This document shows positions 9,415-19,120 of a stretch of 38,495 bases of DNA, one piece after another. The number at the start of each line of letters is the position of its first letter. Position 1 is the first letter of the stretch. Under the pieces are notes generated by a model that saw only the letters and a program-made list of their open reading frames with translations, ran no database searches and was not told the DNA's origin. Both the position numbers and the translations under genes were made by a program. This stretch comes from an uncultured Clostridia bacterium (GTDB lineage: Bacteria > Bacillota > Clostridia > Christensenellales > Pumilibacteraceae): contig CANQUR010000001.1 of the NCBI GenBank assembly GCA_947627075.1, forward strand, positions 1 through 38,495. Reading direction: 5' to 3'.

Positions 9415-10944
9415 TCATAGAAACATCAAAAGCAATATAACAAGTAACGCCAACATCCCGCCGATCAATGCTATCGTTTTTTTGTTCTTGGCGTTAAAGA
9501 AATCCCCTATTACAAAATAATATGCATATAACAACATGACAATAGAAGACTCATGAACGGCTATTTGTGCAAATGGCAAAGTGGCACAAAAAGACGCGGC
9601 AGTATTTAGAATTTGTATTACAGATCCCGCAAACGAAAGAACAAAGCTTAAAAATGGGATAAGCGATATCAACAACGCTATAAAAGTGGCAATAAACGCC
9701 ATTGCGATAAGCGGCATAAGCACGATATTCACAATTACAGAATATGTTTGCAACGTTCCGAAAAAATACATGCTCGGAGGCAAGATGCCGAGTTGTGCAG
9801 ATATTGAAATCGCTATGGAATTTGACAGCTTGTCCGGAATATTTATCTTTTTGAGCCCTCTGAAAAAGATCGGCTGAAAATTTATTATTGAGAATACCGA
9901 TCCTACACTCATGACAAAACCTACATCAAACAGCATAAACGGTGATAATGTCAATATAACAGTGGTAGCTGTTCCGAGGGCATTAAAGGCATCCTTACGC
10001 TCTCCAAACAATACTGCTCCACCGCCGATCAAGCACATAATGACCGCTCGCGTTACAGACGGCGAAAAACCTGCCAAAAATGCATATAATAACAAAACTA
10101 TCGCAGAAATAATATATGATGGCAGCCGTTTCAGTCTTAAGCGTTTAAGAATAAACATTAGCAATGCCATCAAAAAGCCAATGTGCAATCCGGACACTGC
10201 CAATATATGGGCAACACCCGCTATAGAAAAAGCTTCCGAGTTTTCTTCCGAAATTTCGTTTTTATTGCCCGTTAAAATCCCATACGCAATGCCGCCACTG
10301 ACATCACCCATGTTATCTATGAACTTATGTTTTATAAAAACATTGACGCTCGATAAAAGATCCGGAAGTTGCGCAGTTACTTCGATCTTTTTATTGTTGA
10401 TAGATGCAAGATAACGGATATCGGATCGTAAAACCATACTATTTATAAAAAAATCCGCAACCAATGTATTTAGTTGTATGGCATCCGTGAAACTTACTTT
10501 ATAACCTATGCAACTGTCATCAAAAGAGTCGTGTGCGTTATAGACGCTCAACAACATTTTACCTTTCACCTTGCTGTTTTCGATTTTCAAATTCTTGAGC
10601 GTAAGGATTTTCGCATCTTTAGAGTCATAACAATCCTCTATTACGCCTTCTATGTGGTATGTATAAGTCTGAATTATTTCGCTCGGGATCCAAGTATAAA
10701 CTTTTACAAAAAACGCTATTGACGAAATTACGCATAATATCGACGTCAAGAAAACGGTGATTATTTTATATTTTTCAATGCATCCCCTTCGAATTAATAC
10801 TATAATCGACGGTATTAATATAATGCAACTCAAAAGAATCACGCCAAGCCATGCTATATTCAAAGCGACAAGGCACGCAATTATCGACAAAATCAACAAA
10901 ACTGCCGAATATACAAAGCTTCTGAAATTAACTAATTTTCTCAT
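9415..10944 (-). CDS. comEC: ComEC/Rec2-family DNA internalization channel protein, lacking the C-terminal metallo-beta-lactamase domain
   Basis: Polytopic membrane protein with the competence-domain motif GVAHILAVSGLHIGFL. No HxHxDH motif; it ends in TM helices. The ATG at 10944 shares one nt with the recG stop (TGATG); an alternative TTG start lies at 10947. Confidence 0.75.
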   Translation of the reverse strand: MRKLVNFRSFVYSAVLLILSIIACLVALNIAWLGVILLSCIILIPSIIVLIRRGCIEKYKIITVFLTSILCVISSIAFFVKVYTWIPSEIIQTYTYHIEGVIEDCYDSKDAKILTLKNLKIENSKVKGKMLLSVYNAHDSFDDSCIGYKVSFTDAIQLNTLVADFFINSMVLRSDIRYLASINNKKIEVTAQLPDLLSSVNVFIKHKFIDNMGDVSGGIAYGILTGNKNEISEENSEAFSIAGVAHILAVSGLHIGFLMALLMFILKRLRLKRLPSYIISAIVLLLYAFLAGFSPSVTRAVIMCLIGGGAVLFGERKDAFNALGTATTVILTLSPFMLFDVGFVMSVGSVFSIINFQPIFFRGLKKINIPDKLSNSIAISISAQLGILPPSMYFFGTLQTYSVIVNIVLMPLIAMAFIATFIALLISLIPFLSFVLSFAGSVIQILNTAASFCATLPFAQIAVHESSIVMLLYAYYFVIGDFFNAKNKKTIALIGGMLALLVILLLMFL

Positions 10945-12911
10945 CAATTGAGAGTCAATCCTTTTATATAATCAAATGACCCTTCTGATAACTCGATCTT
11001 GCCGTCACTTACCAAATAATTTGCTATATTCTTTGCATTATTCAGTATAGACTCGTTGATCCCTATATCGCAAAAGATATTATCGGTGCCATGCTGCCTT
11101 TTTCCCAAAAAGTCTCCGGCTCCTCGCATTTTGAAATCATATTCCGCAAGCTCAAAACCATTGCTTGTCTTTATAAAATAATTAAGCCTCTCATCGGGAG
11201 CGTCAAATTTGCTTACGACAAAACAGTAGCTGTCCTTATTACCTCTTCCCACTCTGCCTCTCAATTGATGTAATTGACTGAGCCCATAAGCTTCCGCATC
11301 GTAGATAACCATATTTACGGCATCCGCCACATCTATTCCGACCTCTATAACAGTAGTACATACCAAAATTTTTATTATCCCGCTTAAAAATGCGTTCATT
11401 ACCTTATTTTTATTCTCATCAATCATTTGCCCATGTACCATACCTACCGCCTCGCCGTATTTTGTCTTGAGTTCCCTATAAACATTAGTAGCCGAAATAC
11501 CTTCGTCATCATCGACGCGCGGACAAACTATATATGCTTTTTCTCCTATCAAAGATTTTCGATAGATAAAATCGAGCATATCTTGTTCTTTGCGCTTTGG
11601 TACAAATTTAGTAAATATTTTAGCCTTATCGGTCGGCATAGTTTTTATAAGTGAAATATCCAAATCACCATATAGCGTAAGCGCCAATGTGCGTGGTATG
11701 GGAGTTGCGGACATTACCAAACTATCTACGCAATCGCCTTTATTTTCCAGTTCTCCGCGCTGTTCCACTCCAAAACGTTGTTGCTCGTCTGCCACCGTAA
11801 GCGCCAAGTTTCTAAAATGAACCGAATTTTGAAAAAGTGCATGAGTCCCTATCACAATTTGCGCATTGCCCGTCTCAATGTTAAACAACGCTTCCTCACG
11901 GCGATCTTTGCTTTGACTTCCGCATACAAGCTCGCAATTTATTCCAAGAGGCTCAAAAAATTCAAGCGCCTTCCTATAATGTTGTTGCGCCAATATCTCT
12001 GTAGGCGCCATTAGAGCGGCTTGATATCCCGATAATGAGACATAATACATAGAAAGAAAAGCCACTATAGTCTTGCCACAGCCAACGTCTCCCTCTATCA
12101 ATCTGTTCATTTTCCGATTTGAATGCAGATCATCTATTATATTATTCAATGCAAATAATTGATCATTTGTCAATTCATATGGCAATGATCTTATAATCCT
12201 TTGCAACTCACATCTGTTGTCGTTGTATGTTTTATTTTTCATACCGACATTTTGCCCTTTCAAAGTAAAAAATACCGCAATATTAAAGGCAAGAATTTGA
12301 GTTGCGGCGCTGATTTTGCTTTCAATCAATTCTTCCTTTCTTGTAGGTTTATGAATGGCTCTTACACAACGATCCATAGGCAACAATCCATATGATTCAC
12401 AAATTTCGTCGGATATCTGTCCTTGTATCGACACATTATTTAGGATCTGTCGAATAGCATCTTTTATCACCTTTGCCGGTATACCGTTATATGGTCGATA
12501 AAATGGCACGATTTCATTCACATTGTCTACACTCGTCAATGCCGTAGCGTAAATTTCCGCATTTTTGCCAATTTTTTTCACGCGACCTATGACGGCATAG
12601 CGATTTGAATTCATAATTTGTCTTTTTATAAAAGGTTGGTTGAACCAAACGCAGTCAAAGCGATTGTTTCCGTCGCTGAAGGAAGCCTTGACAAATGATA
12701 AACCTTTTCTTATATATTTGCACACCGGATCCGAAATACACTCCGCTATCAAAGCGGCTTCTTCCCCTACATTAAAATCGCAAAGTTTACTCTCGGGAAA
12801 AACATATTTGTTCGGAAAAACAGCCAATAAATCGGACGGAGCAGTAAGCCCTGCCTCGATCAACGCCTGAATTCGCTTTGCACCTAATCCTTTTATCTCT
12901 TCGAAACGCAT
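10944..12911 (-). CDS. recG: ATP-dependent DNA helicase RecG
   Basis: Wedge domain followed by an SF2 helicase with GDVGCGKT (Walker A) and DEQQRFG (motif II). Conserved position downstream of yloV. Confidence 0.9.
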   Translation of the reverse strand: MRFEEIKGLGAKRIQALIEAGLTAPSDLLAVFPNKYVFPESKLCDFNVGEEAALIAECISDPVCKYIRKGLSFVKASFSDGNNRFDCVWFNQPFIKRQIMNSNRYAVIGRVKKIGKNAEIYATALTSVDNVNEIVPFYRPYNGIPAKVIKDAIRQILNNVSIQGQISDEICESYGLLPMDRCVRAIHKPTRKEELIESKISAATQILAFNIAVFFTLKGQNVGMKNKTYNDNRCELQRIIRSLPYELTNDQLFALNNIIDDLHSNRKMNRLIEGDVGCGKTIVAFLSMYYVSLSGYQAALMAPTEILAQQHYRKALEFFEPLGINCELVCGSQSKDRREEALFNIETGNAQIVIGTHALFQNSVHFRNLALTVADEQQRFGVEQRGELENKGDCVDSLVMSATPIPRTLALTLYGDLDISLIKTMPTDKAKIFTKFVPKRKEQDMLDFIYRKSLIGEKAYIVCPRVDDDEGISATNVYRELKTKYGEAVGMVHGQMIDENKNKVMNAFLSGIIKILVCTTVIEVGIDVADAVNMVIYDAEAYGLSQLHQLRGRVGRGNKDSYCFVVSKFDAPDERLNYFIKTSNGFELAEYDFKMRGAGDFLGKRQHGTDNIFCDIGINESILNNAKNIANYLVSDGKIELSEGSFDYIKGLTLN

Positions 12912-12925
12912 ATAAATCTTTATAT

Positions 12926-12955
12926 AGAGAAGAGGGATTTGTATCCCTCTTCTCT
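12926..12955 (-). other. Perfect 12-bp stem-loop between yloV and recG
   Basis: AGAGAAGAGGGA-TTTGTA-TCCCTCTTCTCT. It starts 5 nt after the yloV stop and ends 14 nt before the recG ATG. No U-tract follows on the minus strand, so it is not a classical terminator. Confidence 0.5.
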
Positions 12956-12959
12956 GCTT

Positions 12960-14597
12960 TTATTCTAATGAAACAATGTAATAATATAGTGGCTGTCCGC
13001 CAAAGTGGATGTCGACATCACACCGTTTATATTTTTTGGTAAGTTCTTCCGCAAGATCATTTGCTTCCTCTTCCTTTACATTATTACCGAAATATAATGT
13101 AATGTTGGAAACATCGTTTGTCATCATTTTATCGACAAGTTCGGTTGTGACCTCTTTAACTTCCCCGCCCTTTGCAACAATATCTTTTGAATCAATACCG
13201 ATTATATCGCCTTCTTTAAGCTCCATATCGTTGATATTGGTACTTCTTACGGCATAAGTAACCATACCTGCCCTAATTCCATTTATGGCTTCTGTCATGA
13301 ACTCTATATTATTTTCGAGCGTATCCTCCGGATTAAATGCAAGTACAGCTGAAAGACCTTGCGGAACATTTACCGTCGGAATAATGGTGAGCTTTCTTTT
13401 TGAAATATTTTTTGCCTGCTCAGCCGCCAAGATGATGTTTTTATTATTCGGGAATACGAAAATATTCTCCGCGGGTATAGAATCGCAAGCACGCGCAATG
13501 TCGTCTGCGCTCGGATTCATCGTCTGTCCACCTTCAATGATATTATCTACAAGCAGATCCTTGAATATAGCAGCAAGTCCTTCACCGGCACATACCGAAA
13601 CAAGTCCATACGGCTTAAGATCTTCCTTCTTTTTATTGAGGATCGCCCTATTTTGCTCGAGCATATTTTCGATCTTTAATTTGTCAAGTTCGCCCAATTC
13701 AAGTGCATGAGTAAGCACAACGCCCGGTTGGTTCGAATGTACATGAACCTTGACCATGGACAAATCGCCTATAACCAATACGCAATCGCCGATAGCCATC
13801 AACTTCTCTCGAAATCTGTCAATGTCCGCCTCGGTCGTCCATTTGTGCATATTTATGATAAAAAACTCGGTACAATACGCAAATTCGATATCGGACAAAT
13901 CTTTTATATCAAAATGCGCTTCTTCGGTATATTTAGATATAGTCTCACTCTTTACCTTATCGTCGAATTCTATATTTTCTTCTTCTACGCCTGCAATAAC
14001 ATTATAGAATCCTTGTAATATTATCAATAGACCTCTGCCACCGGCGTCGACGACACCGGCTTTTTTCAAAATCGGCAATAATTCCGGAGTAAGCTTTAAC
14101 GCTTCTTCGCCTGCCTCTATCGTATCCTTCATGAGCGTTTCGATATCTGTCTTTTTTGCGTTTTTGACAGCATACTCGCTCATGGCTTTTACGACCGTCA
14201 AGATAGTGCCTTCCTTTGGTTTGGTTACTGCCATGTACGCAACGGATGTTCCCTTTTCCAAACCTTTTGCAAATGTCTTGGGCGTGATGGTCTCATTGCC
14301 GGACATTACGGTTGCCATGCCCTTCAAAATTTGGCTCAAGATAACTCCGCTGTTGCCTCGAGCTCCTCTCAACGCACCTTTACTTAAAGCGTCACAAAGA
14401 TCCATCATCTTATTGCTTTGGCAATTGGTCACTTCTTTTGCCGCGGAAAGCATGGTAAGCGACATATTGGTACCGGTATCACCGTCCGGAACCGGAAAGA
14501 CATTCAACGCATCGACGTGCTCTTTGTTCATATCGATGAGTTTAGCTCCATTCAATATCATTTTTCTGAACATATTACCGGTTATAGATTTAACCAT
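12960..14597 (-). CDS. yloV: DAK2 domain fusion protein YloV
   Basis: LNVFPVPDGDTGTNM motif, about 545 aa, downstream of asp23 as in B. subtilis yloU-yloV. ATG at 14597 has an AAGGAG RBS; the ORF-track start 14618 is a TTG inside that RBS. Confidence 0.85.
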   Translation of the reverse strand: MVKSITGNMFRKMILNGAKLIDMNKEHVDALNVFPVPDGDTGTNMSLTMLSAAKEVTNCQSNKMMDLCDALSKGALRGARGNSGVILSQILKGMATVMSGNETITPKTFAKGLEKGTSVAYMAVTKPKEGTILTVVKAMSEYAVKNAKKTDIETLMKDTIEAGEEALKLTPELLPILKKAGVVDAGGRGLLIILQGFYNVIAGVEEENIEFDDKVKSETISKYTEEAHFDIKDLSDIEFAYCTEFFIINMHKWTTEADIDRFREKLMAIGDCVLVIGDLSMVKVHVHSNQPGVVLTHALELGELDKLKIENMLEQNRAILNKKKEDLKPYGLVSVCAGEGLAAIFKDLLVDNIIEGGQTMNPSADDIARACDSIPAENIFVFPNNKNIILAAEQAKNISKRKLTIIPTVNVPQGLSAVLAFNPEDTLENNIEFMTEAINGIRAGMVTYAVRSTNINDMELKEGDIIGIDSKDIVAKGGEVKEVTTELVDKMMTNDVSNITLYFGNNVKEEEANDLAEELTKKYKRCDVDIHFGGQPLYYYIVSLE

Positions 14598-14630
14598 AAT
14601 TTTCTCCTTCTCCTGCAAAAAAGTCGGGAT

Positions 14631-14981
14631 CTAAACCTTTATTCCCAAAACATTGACATTTATAGTATCAACAACCATTCCCGAAAACTTTTCCACATCG
14701 TATTTAACTGTTTTTTTAAGGCTGTGCGCAACAGCTTCGATATTGACACCGTATTTCAAAATAATATAGATGTCAATAAAGATCCTGTCTCCGCTTGCCA
14801 AAACGCGAACGCCTTGAGAATTTTTGGATTTTCTGAATAGATCCGCAAAGCTGTCCGCCAATCGTTTGGAAACGAGTTCTACAACACCATAACATTCTAG
14901 CGCGGAACAACCGGCTATCTGCGCGATAGCTTCCTCGGTTATAGTTATCCTGCCGTATGCATTTGATGTGTTTACACTCAT
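14631..14981 (-). CDS. Asp23/Gls24 family envelope stress protein (YloU-like)
   Basis: 116 aa. ITITEEAIAQIAGCSALECYGVVEL is typical of Asp23/YloU. Position is conserved next to rpmB. Confidence 0.85.
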   Translation of the reverse strand: MSVNTSNAYGRITITEEAIAQIAGCSALECYGVVELVSKRLADSFADLFRKSKNSQGVRVLASGDRIFIDIYIILKYGVNIEAVAHSLKKTVKYDVEKFSGMVVDTINVNVLGIKV

Positions 14982-15099
14982 TAAAAACCTCTGATTTGCC
15001 TAACAAACTTCTAAGCTTGTCATGACGACTATTTCATCACCTATAAGTTTAGCTTATTTAAGACTTAATTGCAAGAGATTTTAAGGCGTAATATAAAAA

Positions 15100-15128
15100 A
15101 ATATAAATTTTTTAACATTTTCAGTCAA
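15100..15128 (-). promoter_or_regulatory. Sigma-A type promoter for the asp23-yloV-recG-comEC transcription unit
   Basis: Minus strand reads TTGACT - 17 nt - TATATT (-35 at 15123-15128, -10 at 15100-15105). It lies back to back with the rpmB promoter. Confidence 0.5.
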
Positions 15129-15146
15129 ATACCCCCCTATTTTTAG

Positions 15147-15176
15147 TTGCTTTTTCATGCCGCTTTATGATATATT
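15147..15176 (+). promoter_or_regulatory. Candidate sigma-A promoter of rpmB
   Basis: TTGCTT - 18 nt - TATATT, with TG two nt upstream of the -10 (TGATATATT), about 30 nt upstream of the GGAGG RBS. Confidence 0.4.
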
Positions 15177-15206
15177 TTTTAAGCAATTCATTTCGGAGGT
15201 GTTATT

Positions 15207-15389
15207 ATGAGTAGAGTATGCGTTATTTGCGGTAAAGGTCGTACCAGCGGCAACAATGTCAGCCACTCCAACAGAAGAACAAAGCGCGCATTCAACGCAA
15301 ACGTTCATAAGGTTCAGGTCGAAATAGACGGAGTTGTTTCCAATGAATACGTTTGCACCCGTTGCATGAGAACTAGCAAAAAAAGCTAA
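15207..15389 (+). CDS. rpmB: 50S ribosomal protein L28
   Basis: [33 protein letters not shown]... is the L28 signature. GGAGG RBS. This is the only plus-strand gene. Confidence 0.95.
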   Translation: MSRVCVICGKGRTSGNNVSHSNRRTKRAFNANVHKVQVEIDGVVSNEYVCTRCMRTSKKS

Positions 15390-15423
15390 CCACTTATTTA
15401 TATTAGCTTAAACGACAAAAAAT

Positions 15424-15455
15424 GTGTCTGCATAAATACGGACACTATTTTTTTG
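15424..15455. terminator. Bidirectional rho-independent terminator shared by rpmB (+) and thiN (-)
   Basis: GTGTC-TGCATAAATACG-GACAC, followed by TATTTTTTTG on the plus strand and by ATTTTTTGTCG on the minus strand. It lies between convergent genes. Confidence 0.55.
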
Positions 15456-15530
15456 TTATTTAATTTTTCTTGATAAACAGCTTAAGTACCTTTCCTAACA
15501 GCTTTGGGATCTTGAAGCAAATTATTGTCA

Positions 15531-16148
15531 TTATCGTCTCCTTTGGATAAAAAGCAATATACTCCCCTCCGATAATTCCACAGATATCTCATTGCTTACG
15601 GAAGTATTTGACATGCCGATAAGGTGAAATTTATTGAGCGTTAACGAAGAAGCGTCAAACTTTAATCCTTTGGTAGATAATATATGCGCAGTATCGCTGT
15701 AAGGTACCAAAGATACAGTAACATTCTTGTCCATTTTCAATTTTATATTATCTGTAACAAAATAGATATCGAAATCGCCCTTTATTACGGCATTCATACC
15801 GAGTGAATTCGCCAACGCCAACAAAGCATAATTGGCAAATTCATGATCCGGTCTGCCGCCGTAAGCACCGTATATCTCTATATCATCCACCCCGTTTTCT
15901 TTCATTTCGAGCACTGCCAAATGTCCATCGGTAAAATCCTTATCTACGGGGAATTTTTTTATTTTCACGCCTTCGGGCACACGATCCAATGAATCGAAGT
16001 CTCCGAGCAATATGTCGGGTACTTTATACTCTTTCAAATACCTATAGGCTCCATCCGCACAAACAACGAATTTATCGGAGAAGTCAATATGCTCAAGCGC
16101 ATTCGTTTCAGGCGGATCGCCATTTAAAAAAATCAAACCTTTTTTCAT
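15531..16148 (-). CDS. thiN: Thiamine pyrophosphokinase
   Basis: 205 aa. N-terminal FLNGDPP and GDFDS motifs typical of thiamine diphosphokinase. Conserved position after rpe, with a 4-nt overlap. Confidence 0.75.
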   Translation of the reverse strand: MKKGLIFLNGDPPETNALEHIDFSDKFVVCADGAYRYLKEYKVPDILLGDFDSLDRVPEGVKIKKFPVDKDFTDGHLAVLEMKENGVDDIEIYGAYGGRPDHEFANYALLALANSLGMNAVIKGDFDIYFVTDNIKLKMDKNVTVSLVPYSDTAHILSTKGLKFDASSLTLNKFHLIGMSNTSVSNEISVELSEGSILLFIQRRR

Positions 16149-16798
16149 GATCTCATTTTGCCTATCGTAGACGCAGGATCTTTACTGCCGAATATTGCGC
16201 TTCCCGCAACAATCGCTCTTGCTCCATTGCGCTTAACGTCCTCTATATTATTCTCGGTTATCCCGCCGTCTATTTCCAAAATACAATTCGGATTCACGAT
16301 TTTAATAATTCTGTTTAGCTCCGAGACCTTATGTAAGGAGCTTTCTATAAATTTTTGACCTCCGAATCCGGGATGAACGCTCATAATAAGCGCGAGATCA
16401 CACATAGGCACATATTTTTCGAGAGCGCTAACAGGAGTCTGTGGACTTATAACGGCGCCACACTTACAGCCCAAATCCTTGATCTTCTTCAAGGTTTCTT
16501 CCACTTTTTCCGTAGCTTCGATATGTATCGAAATATAATCTGCCCCGGATTTTGCAAATTGCTCTACATATCGTATGGGATCAACAATCATCAAATGAAC
16601 GTCAAGAGGCAAATTTGTCAGTTTTCTTATGTCCTTTATCATTTTGGGGCCAAAAGTGATATTCGGGACAAATATACCATCCATTACGTCGCAATGGATC
16701 CAATCAGCACCGGCTATCTCCATGCGTTTAATCTCATCACCTATTTTTGCAAAATCCGCACTCAGTATAGACGGCGCTATTATCGTATTTTCACTCAT
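16145..16798 (-). CDS. rpe: Ribulose-phosphate 3-epimerase
   Basis: IAPSILSADF, HCDVMDG.FVPNITFG, VHPGFGGQKF and EIDGGI motifs. Start at 16798 (GGAGAAAACAATG) rather than 16822. Confidence 0.9.
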   Translation of the reverse strand: MSENTIIAPSILSADFAKIGDEIKRMEIAGADWIHCDVMDGIFVPNITFGPKMIKDIRKLTNLPLDVHLMIVDPIRYVEQFAKSGADYISIHIEATEKVEETLKKIKDLGCKCGAVISPQTPVSALEKYVPMCDLALIMSVHPGFGGQKFIESSLHKVSELNRIIKIVNPNCILEIDGGITENNIEDVKRNGARAIVAGSAIFGSKDPASTIGKMRS

Positions 16799-16808
16799 TG
16801 TTTTCTCC

Positions 16809-17840
16809 TTACTTTTTTGCATTTAATCTGCTACGACGAAGCTGCCCGCAAGCGCCGCTTATATCATTACCGAATGATTTTCTAATAGTCGCGGAAATAT
16901 TCCGTTCCTTCAGCCTCGCCAAAAAGCGCTCTGCTTCTTGCTGCGTACACGCGGACAAATTCTTTTCTTTAACCGAATTAAGCATTATCAAATTTATATG
17001 GCACGGATATCCCTTTGTCAATTTTTCAAGACGTACCGCATCGAAATAATCTATATTCTTACCTTTAATCATAGAATATTCGAATATAACACGTCTGCCG
17101 GTCTTGTCAAAATAATATTTAACAGCCTCAATCAACTCCGCAATCGTATATTTGTTTGCAACAGGCATTAATTCGCGTCTTGTCTCATCCGTCGATGCAT
17201 GCAAAGAAACAGATAACGTCACACTTAACTTTTCATCTGCCAATTTTCTAATTTTATCCGCAAGTCCGCATGTGGAAAGAGATATATTCCTCAAACTTAT
17301 ACCAATACTGCCCTCTGCGGAAACCAATCTTAAAAATTTGACGACGTTATCATAATTATCGAGAGGCTCCCCACTTCCCATTAAAACAATGTTAGTAATT
17401 TTGCGATCTTGCAATGTACCGCCATGCGCCCTGTTTACCGATAAGACTTGTCCGAGCATTTCACCCGGAGACAAATTCCTAATAAGTCCATCTATACCGG
17501 AGGCGCAAAAAGCGCAACCCATGCGACATCCGACTTGCGTCGAGACGCAAAGCGTATTTCCGTAATCATGAGGCATAAATACGCCTTCGATCAAATTGTC
17601 ATCATGAAGCCTATATAAATATTTTTCGGAACCATCGCATGACTTGAGCGTTTCTTTTATTTCGATCCCGGCAGTAAATTTCTCGCTCAATGCGTGGCGG
17701 ATACTCAATGGAAGCACGGTAATTTCGTCAATTTTTTGTCCGGATTGAAGCCCGTGAAAAAGTTGTTTTATCCTGTAGGCAGGCTCCAAATGCGTGATTT
17801 CGGCAAGCTCGTCTAATGTTAAGTCCAAAAGATCCGTCAT
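16809..17840 (-). CDS. rlmN: 23S rRNA/tRNA (adenine-C2)-methyltransferase RlmN (radical SAM)
   Basis: CVSTQVGCRMGCAFCASG radical-SAM cluster motif plus a C-terminal CGQL. The ATG at 17840 overlaps the rsmB stop as ATGA. Confidence 0.9.
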   Translation of the reverse strand: MTDLLDLTLDELAEITHLEPAYRIKQLFHGLQSGQKIDEITVLPLSIRHALSEKFTAGIEIKETLKSCDGSEKYLYRLHDDNLIEGVFMPHDYGNTLCVSTQVGCRMGCAFCASGIDGLIRNLSPGEMLGQVLSVNRAHGGTLQDRKITNIVLMGSGEPLDNYDNVVKFLRLVSAEGSIGISLRNISLSTCGLADKIRKLADEKLSVTLSVSLHASTDETRRELMPVANKYTIAELIEAVKYYFDKTGRRVIFEYSMIKGKNIDYFDAVRLEKLTKGYPCHINLIMLNSVKEKNLSACTQQEAERFLARLKERNISATIRKSFGNDISGACGQLRRSRLNAKK

Positions 17841-19120
17841 GAAATTCTCCTTAAACGAGCTACGAAAAAACCGTCGCAACCATCGTCGGTATGCGGAAAA
17901 AGCTTAATTATCCCTGTGTCACTTTTGACTATCGGCGTATCGATCTTATCCAAAACAAAACCTTTATTTGCTGCTAAAAAATCATTGATGTTATCTTCAT
18001 TTTCTTCCTTAAGGATCGTGCAAGTAGAATAATTCAATACTCCGCCTATTTTGACATAATTTTTTGCATTATCGAGTATGGTCATTTGAAGCTGCTTTAT
18101 CTTCTCTATATGACCGGATTTTTTATTGAAAAGAATGTCGGGCTTGTTCTTATAAACGCCCAATCCGCTACATGGAACATCGCAAATAACAATATCGCAT
18201 CTGTTTATCCATTCGGGAAAAATTTGAGAAGCGTCACTCAATGTCGGAATTATATTCGACTTCATTCTTTGCGCATACTTTTTTATTAGCTCCACTCTGT
18301 GCGGATGAACATCGCAACAATAGATGATTGCAGACGGACAAAGTTCTTCGAGATATATGGATTTTCCTCCCGGCGCGCCGCACAGATCCAAAACAACAGG
18401 AGCCTGAATGTCTTTAGGCAAATAACATTGTGTTGCTATCATAGATGAGAGCGATTGCGTTGTATATGTCGATTTTTTTAATCCTGACATCACATTATGC
18501 GTGACATAATATCCGAGTTCGCTTTTGATAATGTCATTATCTTTTAAATTTTCTTCAAATTCTTGCGCCGTAATTACCCTACTATTATATCTGATATGCG
18601 TCAAATGATCGGGCTTATAAGCCAAAAATTCTTTAGCAAAATCATAGCCGTATTGTTCTATAAGCTTTGTACAAATCCACATCGGTATACTGAAATTGAC
18701 CGAAAGATACACTGAGTTCGACACTTCGCCTTCATGAGGCAAAATCACAGATTCGGACTTTCGCAAGACCGCATTAATAAAACCCGTTATTCCGTTTTTT
18801 CCGACTTGTTTGGCAAGCTCGACCGTTTCATTGATTGCCGCATATGATGGCGTAGACATATATCTAAGATGATATAGTCCTATCTTTAGCAATATCTCAA
18901 TGCTCGTTTTCGGCTTTTTATTTACAAGCTTACGAATGATATAGTCAAACTGTACATTTTTTTCCAAAATACCGTAAAATAAGCTTGATATATAAGCCTT
19001 ATCTCTCTCGTCCTTTATTTCCGATAAATAACTGTTGAGCTGAATAGATGCATACGCATTCTCAATAAACACATCGCTCAACAAATTATAGCATATTAAT
19101 TCTCTTTCGTTAGTTTCCAA
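17837..19120 (-). CDS. rsmB: 16S rRNA (cytosine967-C5)-methyltransferase RsmB/Sun
   Basis: N-terminal NusB-like domain, SAM motif DLCGAPGGKS, catalytic DVPCSGLG. Conserved position after fmt. Confidence 0.85.
   Translation of the reverse strand: METNERELICYNLLSDVFIENAYASIQLNSYLSEIKDERDKAYISSLFYGILEKNVQFDYIIRKLVNKKPKTSIEILLKIGLYHLRYMSTPSYAAINETVELAKQVGKNGITGFINAVLRKSESVILPHEGEVSNSVYLSVNFSIPMWICTKLIEQYGYDFAKEFLAYKPDHLTHIRYNSRVITAQEFEENLKDNDIIKSELGYYVTHNVMSGLKKSTYTTQSLSSMIATQCYLPKDIQAPVVLDLCGAPGGKSIYLEELCPSAIIYCCDVHPHRVELIKKYAQRMKSNIIPTLSDASQIFPEWINRCDIVICDVPCSGLGVYKNKPDILFNKKSGHIEKIKQLQMTILDNAKNYVKIGGVLNYSTCTILKEENEDNINDFLAANKGFVLDKIDTPIVKSDTGIIKLFPHTDDGCDGFFVARLRRIS

Noticed and set aside
13721-13740. 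A GGTTCGAAT T-loop-like motif that could mark a tRNA.
   Set aside because: It lies inside the well-supported yloV coding frame (on the opposite strand). I could see no flanking acceptor, D-arm or anticodon-stem complementarity.
14773-15006. Alternative-frame minus-strand ORFs overlapping real genes (14773-15006 over asp23; 30059-30268 over the 136-aa ORF; 34015-34206 over the operon junction).
   Set aside because: They are Arg/Cys-rich junk translations without RBS and are fully overlapped by better-supported frames.
15470-15550. A 26-codon plus-strand ORF (TTG start, MINSLSTFPNSFGILKQIIVIIVSFG) at the locus where B. subtilis has spoVM. It has the same length as SpoVM, with Pro9 and Gly13 aligned.
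   Set aside because: It has no RBS and a TTG start. By my recollection of the B. subtilis locus it is on the wrong strand relative to thiN, and it overlaps the thiN 3' end. It also lacks the basic amphipathic character of SpoVM (only one Lys). The resemblance is most likely coincidental.
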